A stretch of 64,000 nucleotides of DNA from NCBI RefSeq assembly GCF_009914755.1, contig NC_060934.1; one strand, given 5' to 3'. Below, piece after piece: positions 28,150 through 43,800 of this stretch (position 1 is the stretch's first letter; each line of letters opens with the position of its first letter). The notes beneath the pieces were generated by a model. The model worked only from the letters and a program-made list of their open reading frames with translations, had not been told where the DNA came from and did not search any database. Position numbers and translations under genes: made by a program. This DNA comes from the human T2T-CHM13v2.0 reference genome, Homo sapiens.

Positions 28150-31100
28150 ACTCGAGTTGTTTCCATTCCATTCCATTCCATTCCATTCCATTCCTTTCCA
28201 TTCCATTCCATTGCATTCAATTCCATTCCATTCCATTCCGTCCATTCCATTTCACTCTATTCCCTTCCATTCCCTTTCACTCCATTCCCTTCCATTCCAT
28301 TGGAATCGGATTCTTTCCATTCCATTCCATTCCATTCCATTCCATTCCATTGCCTTCCATTCCACTCGGGTTGTTTCCTTTCCATTCCATTCCATTAGTT
28401 TCCATTGCATTCCAATCCATTCATTCCATTCCATTCCATTACACTGAGGTTGATTCTGTTCAATTCCATTCCAATCCATTCATTGCCATTCCATTCTATT
28501 TGATTCCATTGCATTTCATGCCATTCCATTCCATTCCATTCTATTCCAATGCATTCCATTAGGGTTGATTTCATTCCATTCCATTTCATTCCATTCCATT
28601 GCATTCTACTCGGGTTAATTCCATTCCATTCCATTCGATTCCATTCCATTCCATTCCATTCCATTCCCTTCCTTTCCAGTTGATTCCATTCCCTTCCATT
28701 CCATTCCATTCCATTCCAATCGGGTTGATTTCCTTCCATTTCATTCCATTCTAGTCCATTCCATTCCATTCCATTCCATTCCATTCCTTTCTAGTCCATT
28801 TCATTCCATTCCATTCCATTCCATTCCATTCCATTCCATTCCATTCCATTCCTGTCCATTCCATTCCATTCCATTCCATTCCATTCCTTTCCATTCCATT
28901 CCTTTCCACTCAGGTTGATTCCATTCCATTCTCTTCCATTCCATTCCATTCCATTCCATTCCACTCGTGTTCATTTCATTCCATTCCATTCCATTGCATT
29001 CCATTCCACTGGTGTTTATTCCATTCCACTCCATTCCTTTGCATTCCATTCCATTCCATTTCATTCCATTCCATTTCATTCCATTCCACTCAGGTTGACT
29101 CCATTCCATACCATTGCATTACATTGCATCCCATTCCTTTCCTTTCGATTCCATTCCTTTCCATTCCATTTCTTTCCACTCGAGTTGATTCCATTCCATT
29201 CTATTCCATTCCATTCCATTCCACTCGTCTTTATTCCAGTCCATTCCATTCCATTCCATTCCACTCCGGTTGATTCCATTCCATTCCATTCCATTTCAAG
29301 GCATTCCTTTCCACTCCATTCCATTCCTTTCCATTCTACTCGGGTTGATTCCATTCCATTCCATTCCATTCCATTCCATTGCATTGCATTCCACTCGGGT
29401 TGTTTTCACTCCATTCCATTCCATTCCATGTCGTTACATTCCATTCCATTCCATTCCACTCGGGTTGATTCCACTCCATTTCATTCCATTCCATGCCGTT
29501 CCGTTCTATTCCATTCCATTCCACTCCATTCCATTCCATTCTATTCCATTCCATTCATTTCAATTCCTTTCCATTCCATTCCACTCTGGTTGATTCCATT
29601 CCATTCCATTCCATTCCATTCCATTCCATTCCATTCTATACCATAACATTGCACTCGAATTGATTCCATTCTATTCCATTCCATTCCATTCCATTCAATT
29701 TTACTCGGGTTGATTCCATTCCATTCCATTCCATTCCATTCCATTCCATTCATTTCAATTCCTTTCCATTCCATTCCACTCTGGTTGATTCCATTCCATT
29801 CCATTCCATTCCATTCCATTCCATTCCATTCCATTCCATTGCATTCCACTCTGGTTGATTTCACTCCATTCCATTCCATTCCACTCGGGTTGATTCCACT
29901 CCATTTCATTCCATTCCATGCCGTTCCATTCCATTCCATTCCATTCCATTCCATTCCATTCCATTCATTTCAATTCCTTCCCATTCCATTCCACTCTGGT
30001 TGATTCCATTCCATTCCATTCCATTCCATTCCATTCTATACCATTACATTGCACTCGAATTGATTCCATTCTATTCCATTCCATTCCATTCCATTCCATT
30101 CTACTCGGGTTGATTCACCATTCCATTCCATTCCATTCCATTCCATTCCAGTCCATTCCATTCCAGTCCGTTCCATTCCATTCCATTCCACTCGGGTTGA
30201 TTTCACTCCATTCCATTCCATTCCATGCCGTAACATTCTATTCCACTCCATTCCACTCGGGTTGATTCCACTCCATTCCATTCCATTCCATGCCGTTCCA
30301 TTCCATTCCATTCCATTCCATTCCACTCGGTTTGATTCCACTCCATTGCAATCCATTCCATGTCGTTACAGTCCATTCCATTCCATTGCACTCGGGTTGA
30401 TTGCATTCCATTCCATTCCATTCCATTGCATTCCATTCCATTCCACCCGGATTGATTCCATTCCATTCCATTATAATCCATTCCATTCCATTCCATTCCA
30501 CTGGGGTTGATTCCATTCCATTCCATTCCATTCCATTCCATTCCATTCCATTCCATTCCGTTCCATTTGATTCCTTTCCAGTTGATTCCATTCCATTCCA
30601 TTGCTTTCAATTCAATTCCAGTCGGGTTGATTTCATTCCATTCCATTCTAGTCCATTCCACTCCATTCCATTCCATTCGATTCCATTCCTGTTCATTCCA
30701 TTCCATTCCATTCCATTCTAGTGGATTTCATTGCATTCCATGCCATTCCATTCCATTGCACTCTATTCCAATCCTTTCCATTCGGGTTGATTTTTTCCAT
30801 TCCATTTCATTCCATTCCATTGCATTCCACTCGGGTTAATTCCATTCCATTCCATTCCATTCCATTCCATTCCATTCCATTCCATTCCATTCCATTTCGT
30901 TCCTTTCCATTCCATTCCATTCTATTCCTGTGCATTCCATTGCATTCCATTCCATTCCATTCCATTCCATTCCATTCCACTGTGTTTATTCCATTCCACT
31001 CCATTCCATTGCATTCCATTGCATTCCATTTCATTCTCTTCCATTCCATTCCATTCCACTCGGGTTGACTCCATTCCATACCATTGCATTCCATTACATT

Positions 31101-31850
31101 CCATTCCTTTCCTTTCCATTCCATTCCTTTCCATTCCGTTCCTTTCCACTCGAGTTGATTCCATTCCACTCTATTCCATTCCATTCCATTCCATTCCATT
31201 CCATTCCATTCCACTCGGGTTGATTCCATTCCATTCCATTCCATTCCATTGATTTCCACTCGGGTTGATTCGATTCCATTCCATTCCATTCCGTTGCATT
31301 CCATTTCATTCCTTTCCAGTTGATTCCATTCCATTCCATTGCATTCCAGTCCATTCCAATCGGGTTGATTTCATTCCATTCCATTCCATTCTAGTCCATT
31401 CCATTCCATTCCATTCCATTCCATTCCATTCCATTACATTACATTCCTGTGCATTCCATTCCATTCCATTCCATTCCATTCCATTCCATTCCATTCCATT
31501 CCTGTCCATTCCATTCCATTCCATTCCATTCCATTCCATTCCACTGGTGTTTATTCCATTCCACTCCATTCAATTGCATTCCATTCCACTGGTGTTTATT
31601 CCATTCCACTCCATTCCTTTGCATTCCATTGCATTCCATTTCATTCCATTCAATTGCATTCCATTCCGCTCGGGTTGACTCCATTCCATACCATTGCATT
31701 CCATTGCATTCCATTCCTTTCCTTTCCATTCTATTCCTTTCCATTCCATTCGTTTCCAATCGAGTTGATTCCATTCCATTCTATTCCATTCCATTCCATT
31801 CCATTCCACTCGTGTTTATTCCAGTCCATTCCATTCCATTCCATTCCACT
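28150..31850 (+). repeat. Dispersed copy of ~18,150-21,900 (offset ~9.9-10.0 kb), spanning the 30.6-kb unit junction
   Basis: Markers ACATTGCATCCC (19,131/29,121), CTCGTCTTTATT, AAGGCATT, TGATTCACCA, CCACTGTGTTTATT (~21,023/~30,977), CCATTGATTTCCACT, CCGCTCGGG (21,751/~31,666). Confidence 0.82.
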
Positions 31851-34800
31851 ACGGTTGATTCCATTCCATTCCATTCCATTCCATTCCATTCCATTCCATT
31901 CCATTTCATTCCTTTTCACTCCATTCCATTCCATTCCATTCTACTCGGGTTGATTCCATTCCATTCGATTCCATTCCATTCCATTCGATTCCATTCCATT
32001 CCATTCCAGTCCATTCCATTACATTCCATTCCTCTCGGGTTGATTTCACTCCATTCCATTCCATTCCATTCCATGCTGTAACATTCTATTCCACTCCATT
32101 CCATTCGGGTTGATTCCACTCCATTCCATTCCATTCCAATCGGTTTGATTCCACTCCATTCCAATCCATTCCATGCCGTTACAGTCCAGTCCATTCCATT
32201 GCACTTGGGTTGATTCCATTCCATTCCATTCCATTCCATTCCCTTCCATTCCATTCCATTCCATTCCACTGGGGTTGATTCCATTCCATTCCATTCTATT
32301 ACATTCCATTCCACTCGGGTTGATTCCATTCCATACCATTGCATTCCATTACATTCCATTCCTTTCCTTTCCATTCCATTCCTTTCCATTCCGTTCCTTT
32401 CCACTCGAGTTGATTCCATTCCACTATATTCCATTCCATTCCATTCCATTCCATTCCATTCCATTCCACTCGGGTTGATTCCATTCCATTCCATTACATT
32501 CCAGTCCTTTCCATTCCATTACATTCCACTCAGTTTGTTTCCATTACATTGAATTCCATTCTGTTCCATTCCATTCCATTGCATTCCATTGCATTCCATT
32601 CCACTCGGGTTGTTTCCTTTCCATTCCATTCCTTTAGTTTCCATTCCATTCCATTCCATTCCATTCCATTCCATTCCATTCCATTCACTCTATTCCATTC
32701 CATTCCATTCTACTCAGGTTGATTCCGTTCGATTCCATTCCAATCCATTCCCTTCCATTCCATTCTGGTTGATTCCATTGCACTCCATGCCGTTCCATTC
32801 CATTCCACTCCATTCCAACCCGTTCCACTCGGGTTGATTCCATTCCATTCCATTCCATTTCTTTCCATTCCATTCCACTCCATTCCATTCCACTCGGGTT
32901 GACTCCATTCCATACCATTGCATTCCATTGCATTCCATTCCATTCCACTGGTGTTTATTCCATTCCACTCCATTCCATTTCATTCCATTCCATTCCATTT
33001 CATTCCATTCAATTCCATTCCATTCCCCTCGGGTTGACTCCATTCCATACCATTGCATTCCATTGCATTCCATTCTTTCCATTCCATTCCATTGCTTTCC
33101 ATTTCATTCCTTTCCACTCGGGTTGATTCCATTCCATTCTCTTCCATTCCATTCCATTCCATTCCATTCCATTCCATTCCATTCCATTCCATTCCATTGC
33201 ACTCGGGTTGATTCCATTCCATTCCATTCCATTCCATTGCATTCCATTCCATTCCATTCCATTCCACTCGGGTTGATTCCATTCCATTCCATTCCAGTCC
33301 ATTCCACTGGGGTTGATTCCATTCCATTCGTTTCCATTCCATTCCATTCCATTCCATTGCACTCGGGTTGTTTCCATTCCATTCCATTCCATTCCATTCC
33401 ATTCCATTCCATTCCACCCGGATTGATTCCATTCCATTCCATTATAATCCATTCCATTCCATTCCATTACACTGGGGTTGATTCCATTCCATTCCATTAC
33501 ATTCCATTCTATTCCATTCCATTCCATTCCATTCCATTCCGTTCCATTTGATGCCTTTCCAGATAATTCCAGTCCATTCCGTTGCATTCCATTTAATTCC
33601 AGTCGGGTTGATTTCATACCATTCCATTCCATTCTAGTCCATTCCACTCCATTCCATTCCATTCCATTCCATTCCTGTTCATTCCATTCCATTCCATTCC
33701 ATTCTAGTGGATTTCATTGCATTCCATGCCATTCCATTCCATTCCACTCTATTCCAATCCATTCCATTCGGGTTGATTTCTTTCCATTCCATTTCATTCC
33801 ATTCCATTGCATTCCACTCTGGTTAATTCCATTCCATTCCATTTCATTCCTTTCCATTCCATTCCATTCTATTCCTGTGCATTCCATTGCATTCCATTCC
33901 ATTCCATTCCATTCCATTCCACTGGTGTTTATTCCATTCCACTCCATTCCATTGCATGCCATTCCATTCCATTTCATTCTATTCCATTCCATTCCATTCC
34001 ACTCGGGTGACTCCATTCCATACCATTGCATTCCATTACATTCCATTCCTTTCCTTTCCATTCCATTCCTTTCCATTCCGTTCCTTTCCACTCGAGTTGA
34101 TTCCATTCCACTCTATTCCATTCCATTCCATTCCATTCCTTTCCATTCCATTCCACTCCATTCCACTCGGGTTGATTCCATTCCATTCCATTCCATTCCA
34201 TTCCATTCTACTCGGGTACATTCCATTTCGTTCCGTTCCATTCCATTCCATTCCATTCCATTCCATTCATTTCCTTTCCATTCCATTCCACTCCACTCGG
34301 GTTGATTCCATTCCATTCATTCCATTCCATTCCATTAAATTCCATTCCATTCCAGTTCATTCCATTCCTTTCCATTCCATTCCATTCAATTCCATTCCAT
34401 TCCATTCCATTCCATTCACTCTATTCCATTCCATTCCATTCTACTCAGGTTGATTCCGTTCGATTCCATTCCAATCCATTCCCTTCCATTCAATTCTAGT
34501 TGATTCCATTGCATTCCATGCCGTTCCATTCCAATCCACTCCATTCCTATCCGTTCCACTCGGGTTTATTCCATTCCATTCCATTCCATTCCATTGCATT
34601 CCACACGGGTTGATTCCATTCCATTCCATTCCATTTCATTCCTTTCCAGTTGATTCCATTCCATTCCATTGCATTCCATTCCATTCCAATCGGGTTGATT
34701 GAATTCCATTCCATTCCATTCTAGTCCATTCCATTCCATTCACTTCCATTCCATTCCATTCCACTCCATTCCACTGGTGTTTATTCCATTCCATTCCATT

Positions 34801-37800
34801 CCATTCCATTCCATTCCATTCCATTCCGGTCCATTCCATTCCATTCCATTCCACTCCATTCCATTCCATTCCACTGGTGTTTATTCAATTCCACTCGATT
34901 CCATTGCATTCCATTCCACTGGTGTTTATTCCATTCCACTCGATTCCATTGCATTCCTTTCCACTGGTGTTTATTCCATTCCACCCCATTCCTTTGCATT
35001 CCATTCCATTCCATTTTATGTCATTCCATTGCATTCCATTCCACTCGGGTTGACTCCATTCCATACCATTGCATTCCATTGCATTCCATTCCTTTCCTTT
35101 CCATTCCATACCTTTCCATTCCATTCCTTTCCACTCGAGTTGATTCCATTCCATTCGTTGATTCCATTCCATTCTATTCTATTCCATTCCATTCCACTCT
35201 TGTTTATTCCAGTCCATTCCATTCCATTCCATTCCACTCCGTTTGATTCCATTCCATTCCATTCCATTCCATTCCATTCCATTCCATTCCATTCCACTCG
35301 GGTTGATTCCATTCCATTCCATTCCAGTCCATTCCACTCGGGTTGATTCCATTCCATTCGTTTCCATTCCATTCCATTCCACTCGGATTGATTCCACTCC
35401 ATTCCAATCCATTCCATGCCGTTACAGTCCATTCCATTCCATTGCACTCGGGTTGATTCCATTCCATTCCATTCCATTCCTTTCCATTCCATTCCACCCG
35501 GATTGATTCCATTCCATTCCATTATAATCCATTCCATTCCATTCCATTCCACTGGGGTTGATTCCATTCCATTGCATTCCATTCCATTCTATTCCATTCC
35601 ATTCCATTCCATTCCATTCCATTCCATTCCATTCCATTCCTTTCCATTTGATGCCTTTCCAGTTATTTCCATTCCATTCCATTGCATTCCATTCAATTCT
35701 AGTCGGGTTGATTTCATACCATTCCATTCCATTCTAGTCCATTCCACTCCATTCCATTCCATTCCATTCCATTCCATTCCATTCCATTCCATTCCATTCC
35801 TGTTCATTCCATTCCATTCCATTCCATTCTAGTGGATTTCATTGCATTCCATGCCATTCCATTCCATTCCACTCTATTCCAATCCATTCCATTCGGGTTG
35901 ATTTCTTTCCATTCCATTTCATTCCATTCCATTGCATTCCACTCGGGTTAATTCCATTCCATTCCATTCCATTCCATTTCATTCCTTTCCATTCCATTCC
36001 CTTCTATTCTTGTGCATTCCATTGCATTCCATTCCATTCCATTCCATTCCACTGGTGTTTATTCCATTCCACTCCATTCCATTGCATTCCATTGCATTCC
36101 ATTTCATTCTATTCCATTCCATTCCATTCCACTCGGGTTGACTCCATTCCATACCACTGCATTCCATTACATTCCATTCCTTTCCTTTCCATTCCATTCC
36201 TTTCCATTCCGTTCCTTTCCACTCGAGTTGATTCCATTCCACTCTATTCCATTCCATTCCATTACATTACATTCCATTCCATTCTACTCGGGTACATTCC
36301 ATTTCGTTCCGTTCCATTCCATTCCATTCCATTCCATTCATTTCCTTTCCATTCCATTCCACTCCACTCGGGTTGATTCCATTCCATTCCATTCCATTCC
36401 ATTAAATTCCATTCCATTCCAGTTCATTCCATTCCTTTCCATTCCATTCCATTCTATTCCTTTGTATGGTAATCGGGTTGATTCCAATCCATTCCATTAC
36501 ATTCCAGTCCTTTCCATTCCATTACATTCCACTCGGTTTGTTTCCATTACATTGAATTCCTTTCCGTTCCATTCCATTCCATTGTATTCCATTGCATTCC
36601 ATTCCACTCGGGTTGTTTCCTTTCCATTCCATTCCTTTAGTTTCCATTCCATTCCTTTCCATTCCATTCCATTCACTCTATTCCATTCCATTCCATTCTA
36701 CTCAGGTTGATTCCGTTCGATTCCATTCCAATCCATTCCCTTCCATTCCATTCTAGTTGATTCCATTGCATTCCATACCGTTCCATTCCATTCCGCTCCA
36801 TTCCAATCCGTTCCACTCGGGTTGATTCCATTCCATTCCATTCCATTCCATTCCATTCCATTGCATTCCATTCTACTCGGGTTGATTCTATTCCATTCCA
36901 TTCCATTACATTACATTACATTACATTACATTACGTTACGTTACGTTACGTTACGTTACGTTACGTTACATTACATTACATTACATTACATTACATTACA
37001 TTTCATTCTACTCGAGTTGATTCCATTCCATTCCATTCCATTTCATTCCTTTCCAGTTGATTCCATTCCATTCCATTGCATTCCATTCCATTCCAATCGG
37101 GTTGATTTCATTCCATTCCATTCCATTCTAGTCCATTCCATTCCTTTCCATTCCATTCCATTCCATTCCATTCCATTCCATTCCATTCCAGTTGATTCCA
37201 TTCCATTCCATTGCATTCCGTTCCATTCCAATCGGGTTGATTTCATTCCATTCCATTTCATTCTAGTCCATTCCATCCCATTCCATTCCACTCCATTATA
37301 TTACATTCCATTACATTACATTCCATTACATTACATTCCTGTGCATTCCATTCCATTCCATTCCATTCCATTCCATTCCATTCCATTCCATTCCATTCCT
37401 GTCCATTCCATTCCATTCCATTCCACTCGTGTTCATTTCATTCCATTCCATTCCATTTCATTCCATTCCATTCCATTCCATTCCATTCCATTCCATTCCA
37501 TTTCATTCCTTTCCAGTTGATTCCATTCCATTCCATTGCATTCCATTGCATTGCAATCGTGTTGATTTCATTCCATTCCATTCCATTCTAGTCCATTCCA
37601 TTCCATTCCATTACATTACTGTACATTCCTCTCCATTCCATTCCATTCCATTCCATTCCATTCCATTTCATTCCTTTCCAGTTGATTCCACTCCCTTCCA
37701 TTCCATTCCATTCCATTCCAATCGGGTAGATTTCCTTCCATTCCATTCCATTCTAGTCCATTCCATTCCATTCCATTCCTTTCCATTCCATTCTAGTCCA

Positions 37801-40800
37801 TTCCATTTCATTCCATTCCATTCCATTCCATTCCATTCCATTCCATTCCATTCCTCTCCATTCCATTCCATTCCATTCCATTCGATTCCATTCCATTCCA
37901 TTCCATTCCTTTCCATTCCATTCCTTTCCACACGGGTTGATTCCATTCCATTCTCTTCCATTCCATTCCATTCCATTCCATTCCATTCCACTCGTGTACA
38001 TTTAATTCCATTCCATTCCATTGCATTCCATTCCACTGGTGTTTATTCCATTCCACTCCATTCCTTTGCATTCCATTCCATTCCATTCCATTCCACTCGG
38101 GTTGATTCCATTCCATAACATTGCATTACATTGCATTCCATTCCTTTCCTTTCGATTCCATTCCTTTCCATTCCATTCCTTTCCACTCGCCTTGATTCCA
38201 TTCCATTCTGTTCCATTCCATTCCATTCCATTCGTGTTTATTCCAATCCATTCCATTCCTTTCCATTCCACTCCGGTTGATTCCATTCAATTCCATTCCA
38301 TTCCATTGCATTCCTTTCCACTCCATTCCATTCATTTCCATTCTACTCGGGTTGATTCCATTCCATTCCATTCCATTCCATTGCATTCCACTCGGGTTGA
38401 TTTCACTCCATTCCATTCCATTCCATGTCTTTACATTCCATTCCATTCCATTCCACTCGGGTTGATTCCACTCCATTTCATTCCATTCCATGCCGTTCCA
38501 TTCCATTCCATTCCATTCCATTCATTTCCATTCCATTCCATTCCATTCCATTCCATTCCATTCCATTCCATTCCGTCCATTCCATTTCACTCCATTCCCT
38601 TCCATTCCATTCCATTCCATTGCCTTCCATTCCACTCGGGTTGTTTCCTTTCCATTCCATTCCATTAGTTTCCATTCCATTCCATTCCATTCATTCCATT
38701 CCATTCCATTCCATTCCATTACACTGAGGTTGATTCTATTCAATTCCATTCCAATCCATTCAATTCCATTCCATTCTAGTTGATTCCATTGCATTCCATG
38801 CCATTCCATTCCATTCCTTTCTATTCCAATGCATTCCATTAGGGTTGAATTCATTCCATTCCATTTCATTCCATTCCATTGCATTCCACTCGGGTTAATT
38901 CCATTCCATTCCATTCCATTCCTTTCCATTCCATGCCATTCCATTTCATTCCTTTCCAGTTGATTCCATTCCCTTCCATTCCATTCCATTCCATTCCAAT
39001 CGGGTTGATTTCCTTCCATTCCATTCCATTCTAGTCCATTCCATTCCAGTCCATTCCATTCCATTCCATTCCATTCCATTCCATTCCATTCCATTCCATT
39101 CCATTCCTGTCCATTCCATTCCATTCCATTCCATTCCATTCCATTCCTTTCCATTCCATTCCTTTCCACTCGTGTTGATTCCATTCCATTCTCTTCTATT
39201 CCATTCCATTCCATTCTATTCCACTCGTGTTCATTTCATTCCATTCCATTCCGTTGCATTCCATTCCACTGGTGTTTATTCCATTCCACTCCATTCCTTT
39301 GCATTCCATTCCATTCCATTTCATTCCATTCCATTCCATTCCATTCCACTCGGGTTGACTCCATTCCATAACATTGCATTACATTGCATTCCATTCCTTT
39401 CCTTTCGATTCCATTCCATTCCATTCCATTCCTTTCCACTCGAGTTGATTCCATTCCATTCTATTCCATTCCATTCCATTCCATTCCACTCTTGTTTATT
39501 CCAGTTCATTCCATTCCATTCCATTCCACTCCGGTTGATTCCATTCCATTCCATTCCATTCCATTCCATTCCATTCCATTCCATTGCACTCGGGTTGATT
39601 CCATTCCATTCCATTCCATTCCATTCCATTCCATTCCATTCCTCTCGGGTTGATTCCATTCCATTCCATGCCATTCTAGTCCTTTCCCTTCCATTCCATT
39701 CCTTTCCACTCGGGTTGATTCCATTCCATTCTCTTCCATTCCATTCCATTCCATTCTATTCCACTCGGATTGATTCCACTCCATTCCAATCCATTCCATG
39801 CCGTTACAGTCCATTCCATTCCATTGCACTCGGGTTGATTCCATTCCATTCCATTCCATTCCTTTCCATTCCATTCCACCTGGATTGATTCCATTCCATT
39901 CCATTATAATCCATTCCATTCCATTCCATTCCACTGGGGTTGATTCCATTCCATTGCATTCCATTCCATTCTATTCCATTCCATTCCATTCCATTCCATT
40001 CCATTCCTTTCCATTTGATGCCTTTCCAGTTAATTCCATTCCATTCCATTGCATTCCATTCAATTCCAGTCGGGTTGATTTCATACCATTCCATTCCATT
40101 CTAGTCCATTCCACTCCATTCCATTCCATTCCATTCCATTCCATTCCATTCCATTCCTGTTCATTCCATTCCATTCCATTCCATTCTAGTGGATTTCATT
40201 GCATTCCATGCCATTCCATTCCATTCCACTGTATTCCATTCCATTCCATTCGGGTTGATTTCTTTCCATTCCATTTCTTTCCATTCCATTGCATTCCACT
40301 CGGGTTAATTCCATTCCATTCCATTCCATTCCATTTCATTCCTTTCCATTCCATTCCCTTCTATTCCTGTGCATTCCATTGCATTCCATTCCATTCCATT
40401 CCATTCCACTGGTGTTTATTCCATTCCACTCCATTCCATTGCATTCCATTCCATTCCATTTCATTCTATTCCATTCCATTCCATTCCACTCGGGTTGACT
40501 CCATTCCATACCACTGCATTCCATTACATTCCATTCCTTTCCTTTCCATTCCATTCCTTTCCATTCCGTTCCTTTCTACTCGAGTTGATTCCATTCCACT
40601 CTATTCCATTCGATTCCATTCCATTCCATTCCATTCCATTCCATTCCACTCGGGTTGATTCCATTCCATTCCATTCCATTCCATTCCATTCCATTCTACT
40701 CGGGTACATTCCATTTCGTTCCGTTCCATTCCATTCCATTCCATTCCATTCATTTCCTTTCCATTCCATTCCACTCCACTCGGGTTGATTCCATTCCATT

Positions 40801-43800
40801 CCATTCCATTCCATTAAATTCCATTCCATTCCAGTTCATTCCATTCCTTTCCATTCCATTCCATTCCCTTCCATTCCATTCCATTCCATTGCATTCCATT
40901 CCTTTGCATGGTAATCGGGTTGATTCCAATCCATTCCATTACATTCCATTCCTTTCCATTCCATTAGATTCCACTCGGTTTGTTTCCATTACATTGAATT
41001 CCATTCCGTTCCATTTCATTCCATTGCATTCCATTGCATTCCATTCCACTCGGGTTGTTTCCTTTCCATTCCATTCCTTTAGTTTCGTTTCCATTCCATT
41101 CCATTCCATTCCATTCCATTCCATTCCATTCCATTCACTCTATTCCATTCCATTCCATTCTACTCAGGTTGATTCCGTTCGATTCCATTCCAATCCATTC
41201 CCTTCCATTCCATTCTAGTTGATTCCATTGCATTCCATGCCGTTCCATTCCATTCCACTCCATTCCAATCCGTTCCACTCGGGTTGATTCCATTCCATTC
41301 CATTCCATTCCATTGCATTCCATTCTACTCGGGTTGATTCCATTCCATTCCATTCCATTCCATTCCATTCCATTCCATTACATTACATTACATTACATTC
41401 CACTCGAGTTGATTCCATTCCATTCCATTCCATTTCATTCCTTTCCAGTTGATTCCATTCCATTCCATTGCATTCCATTCCATTCCAATCGGGTTGATTT
41501 CATTCCATTGCATTCCATTCTAGTGCATTCCATTCCATTCCATTCCATTCCATTCCATTCCAGTTGATTCCATTCCATTCGATTGCATTCGATTCCATTC
41601 CAATCGGGTTGATTTCATTCCATTCCATTTCATTCTAGTCCATTCCATTCCATTCCATTCCATTCCATTATATTACATTCCATTACATTACATTCCATTA
41701 CATTACATTCCTGTGCATTCCATTCCATTCCATTCCATTCCATTCCATTCCATTCCATTCCATTCCATTCCACTCGTGTTCATTTCATTCCATTCCATTC
41801 CATTTCATTCCATTCCATTCCATTCCATTCCATTCCATTCCATTCCATTCCATTCCATTTCATTCCATTCCATTCCATTTCATTCCTTTCCAGTTGATTC
41901 CATTCCATTCCATTGCAATCCATTCCATTGCAATCGTGTTGATTTCATTCCATTCCATTCCATTCTAGTCCATTCCTTTCCATTCCATTACATTACAGTA
42001 CATTCCTCTCCATTCCATTCCATTCCATTCCATTCCATTCCATTTCATTCCTTTCCAGTTGATTCCATTCCCTTCCCTTCCATTCCATTCCATTCCAATC
42101 GGGTAGATTTCCTTCCATTCCATTCCATTCTAGTCCATTCCATTCCATTCCATTCCTTTCCTTTCCATTCTAGTCCATTCCATTCCATTCCATTCCATTC
42201 CATTCCATTCCATTCCATTCCATTCCTCTCCATTCCATTCCATTCCATTCCATTCCTTTCCATTCCATTCCTTTCCACACGGGTTGATTCCATTCCATTC
42301 TCTTCCATTCCATTCCATTCCATTCCATTCCATTCCATTCCACTCGTGTTCATTTAATTCCATTCCATTCCTTTGCATTCCATTCCACTGGTGTTTTTTC
42401 CATTCCACTCCATTCCTTTGCATTCCATTCCATTCCATTCCATTCCATTCCATTCCATTCCATTCCACTCGGGTTGACTCCATTCCATAACATTGCATTA
42501 CATTGCATTCCATTCCTTTCCTTTCGATTCCATTCCTTTCCATTCCATTCCTTTCCACTCGCCTTGATTCCATTCCATTCTGTTCCATTCCATTCCATTC
42601 CATTCGTGTTTATTCCAATCCATTCCATTCCTTTCCATTCCACTCCGGTTGATTCCATTCAATTCCATTCCATTCCATTGCATTCCTTTCCACTCCATTC
42701 CATTCATTTCCATTCTACTCGGGTTGATTCCATTCCATTCCATTCCATTCCATTGCATTCCACTCGGGTTGATTTCACTCCATTCCATTCCATTCCATGT
42801 CTTTCCATTCCATTCCATTCCATTCCACTCGGGTTGATTTCACTCCATTTCATTCCATTCCATGCCGTTCCATTCCATTCCATTCCATTCCATTCCATTC
42901 CATTCCATTCATTTCCTTTCTTTTCCATTCAATTCCATTCCATTCCATTCCATTCCATTCCATTCCGTCCATTCCATTTCACTCCATTCCCTTCCATTCC
43001 ATTCCATTCCATTGCCTTCCATTCCACTCGGGTTGTTTCCTTTCCATTCCATTCCATTAGTTTCCATTCCATTCCATTCAATTCATTCCATTCCATTCCA
43101 TTCCATTCCATTACACTGAGGTTGATTCTATTCAATTCCATTCCAATCCATTCAATTCCATTCCATTCTAGTTGATTCCATTGCATTCCATGCCATTCCA
43201 TTCCATTCCATTCTATTCCAATGCATTCCATTAGGGTTGAATTCATTCCATTCTATTTCATTCCATTCCATTGCATTCCACTCGGGTTAATTCCATTCCA
43301 TTCCATTCCATTCCTTTCCATTCCATGCCATTCCATTTCATTCCTTTCCAGTTGATTCCATTCCCTTCCATTCCATTCCATTCCATTCCAATCGGGTTGA
43401 TTTCCTTCCATTCCATTCCATTCTAGTCCATTCCATTCCAGTCCATTCCATTCCATTCCATTCCATTCCTGTCCATTCCATTCCATTCCATTCCATTCCA
43501 TTCCATTCCTTTCCATTCCATTCCTTTCCACTCGGGTTGATTCCATTCCATTCTCTTCCATTCCATTCCATTCCATTCTATTCCACTCGTGTTCATTTCA
43601 TTCCATTCCATTCCGTTGCATTCCATTCCACTGGTGTTTATTCCATTCCACTCCATTCCTTTGCATTCCATTCCATTCCATTTCATTCCATTCCATTCCA
43701 TTCCATTCCACTCGGGTTGACTCCATTCCATAACATTGCATTACATTGCATTCCATTCCTTTCCTTTCGATTCCATTCCTTTCCATTCCATTCCTTTCCA

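Larger units (their letters stand above)
1..30608 (+). repeat. ~30.6-kb higher-order repeat unit, copy 1 (phase set by the window start)
   Basis: The sequence at position 1 (AATTCAATTCCAGTCGGGTTGATTTC...) recurs at 30,609. ORF-track pairs: 113/30721, 662/31265, 6219/36822, 9230/39798, 12979/43537, 16547/47090, 19105/49633, 21714/52217. Confidence 0.93.
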
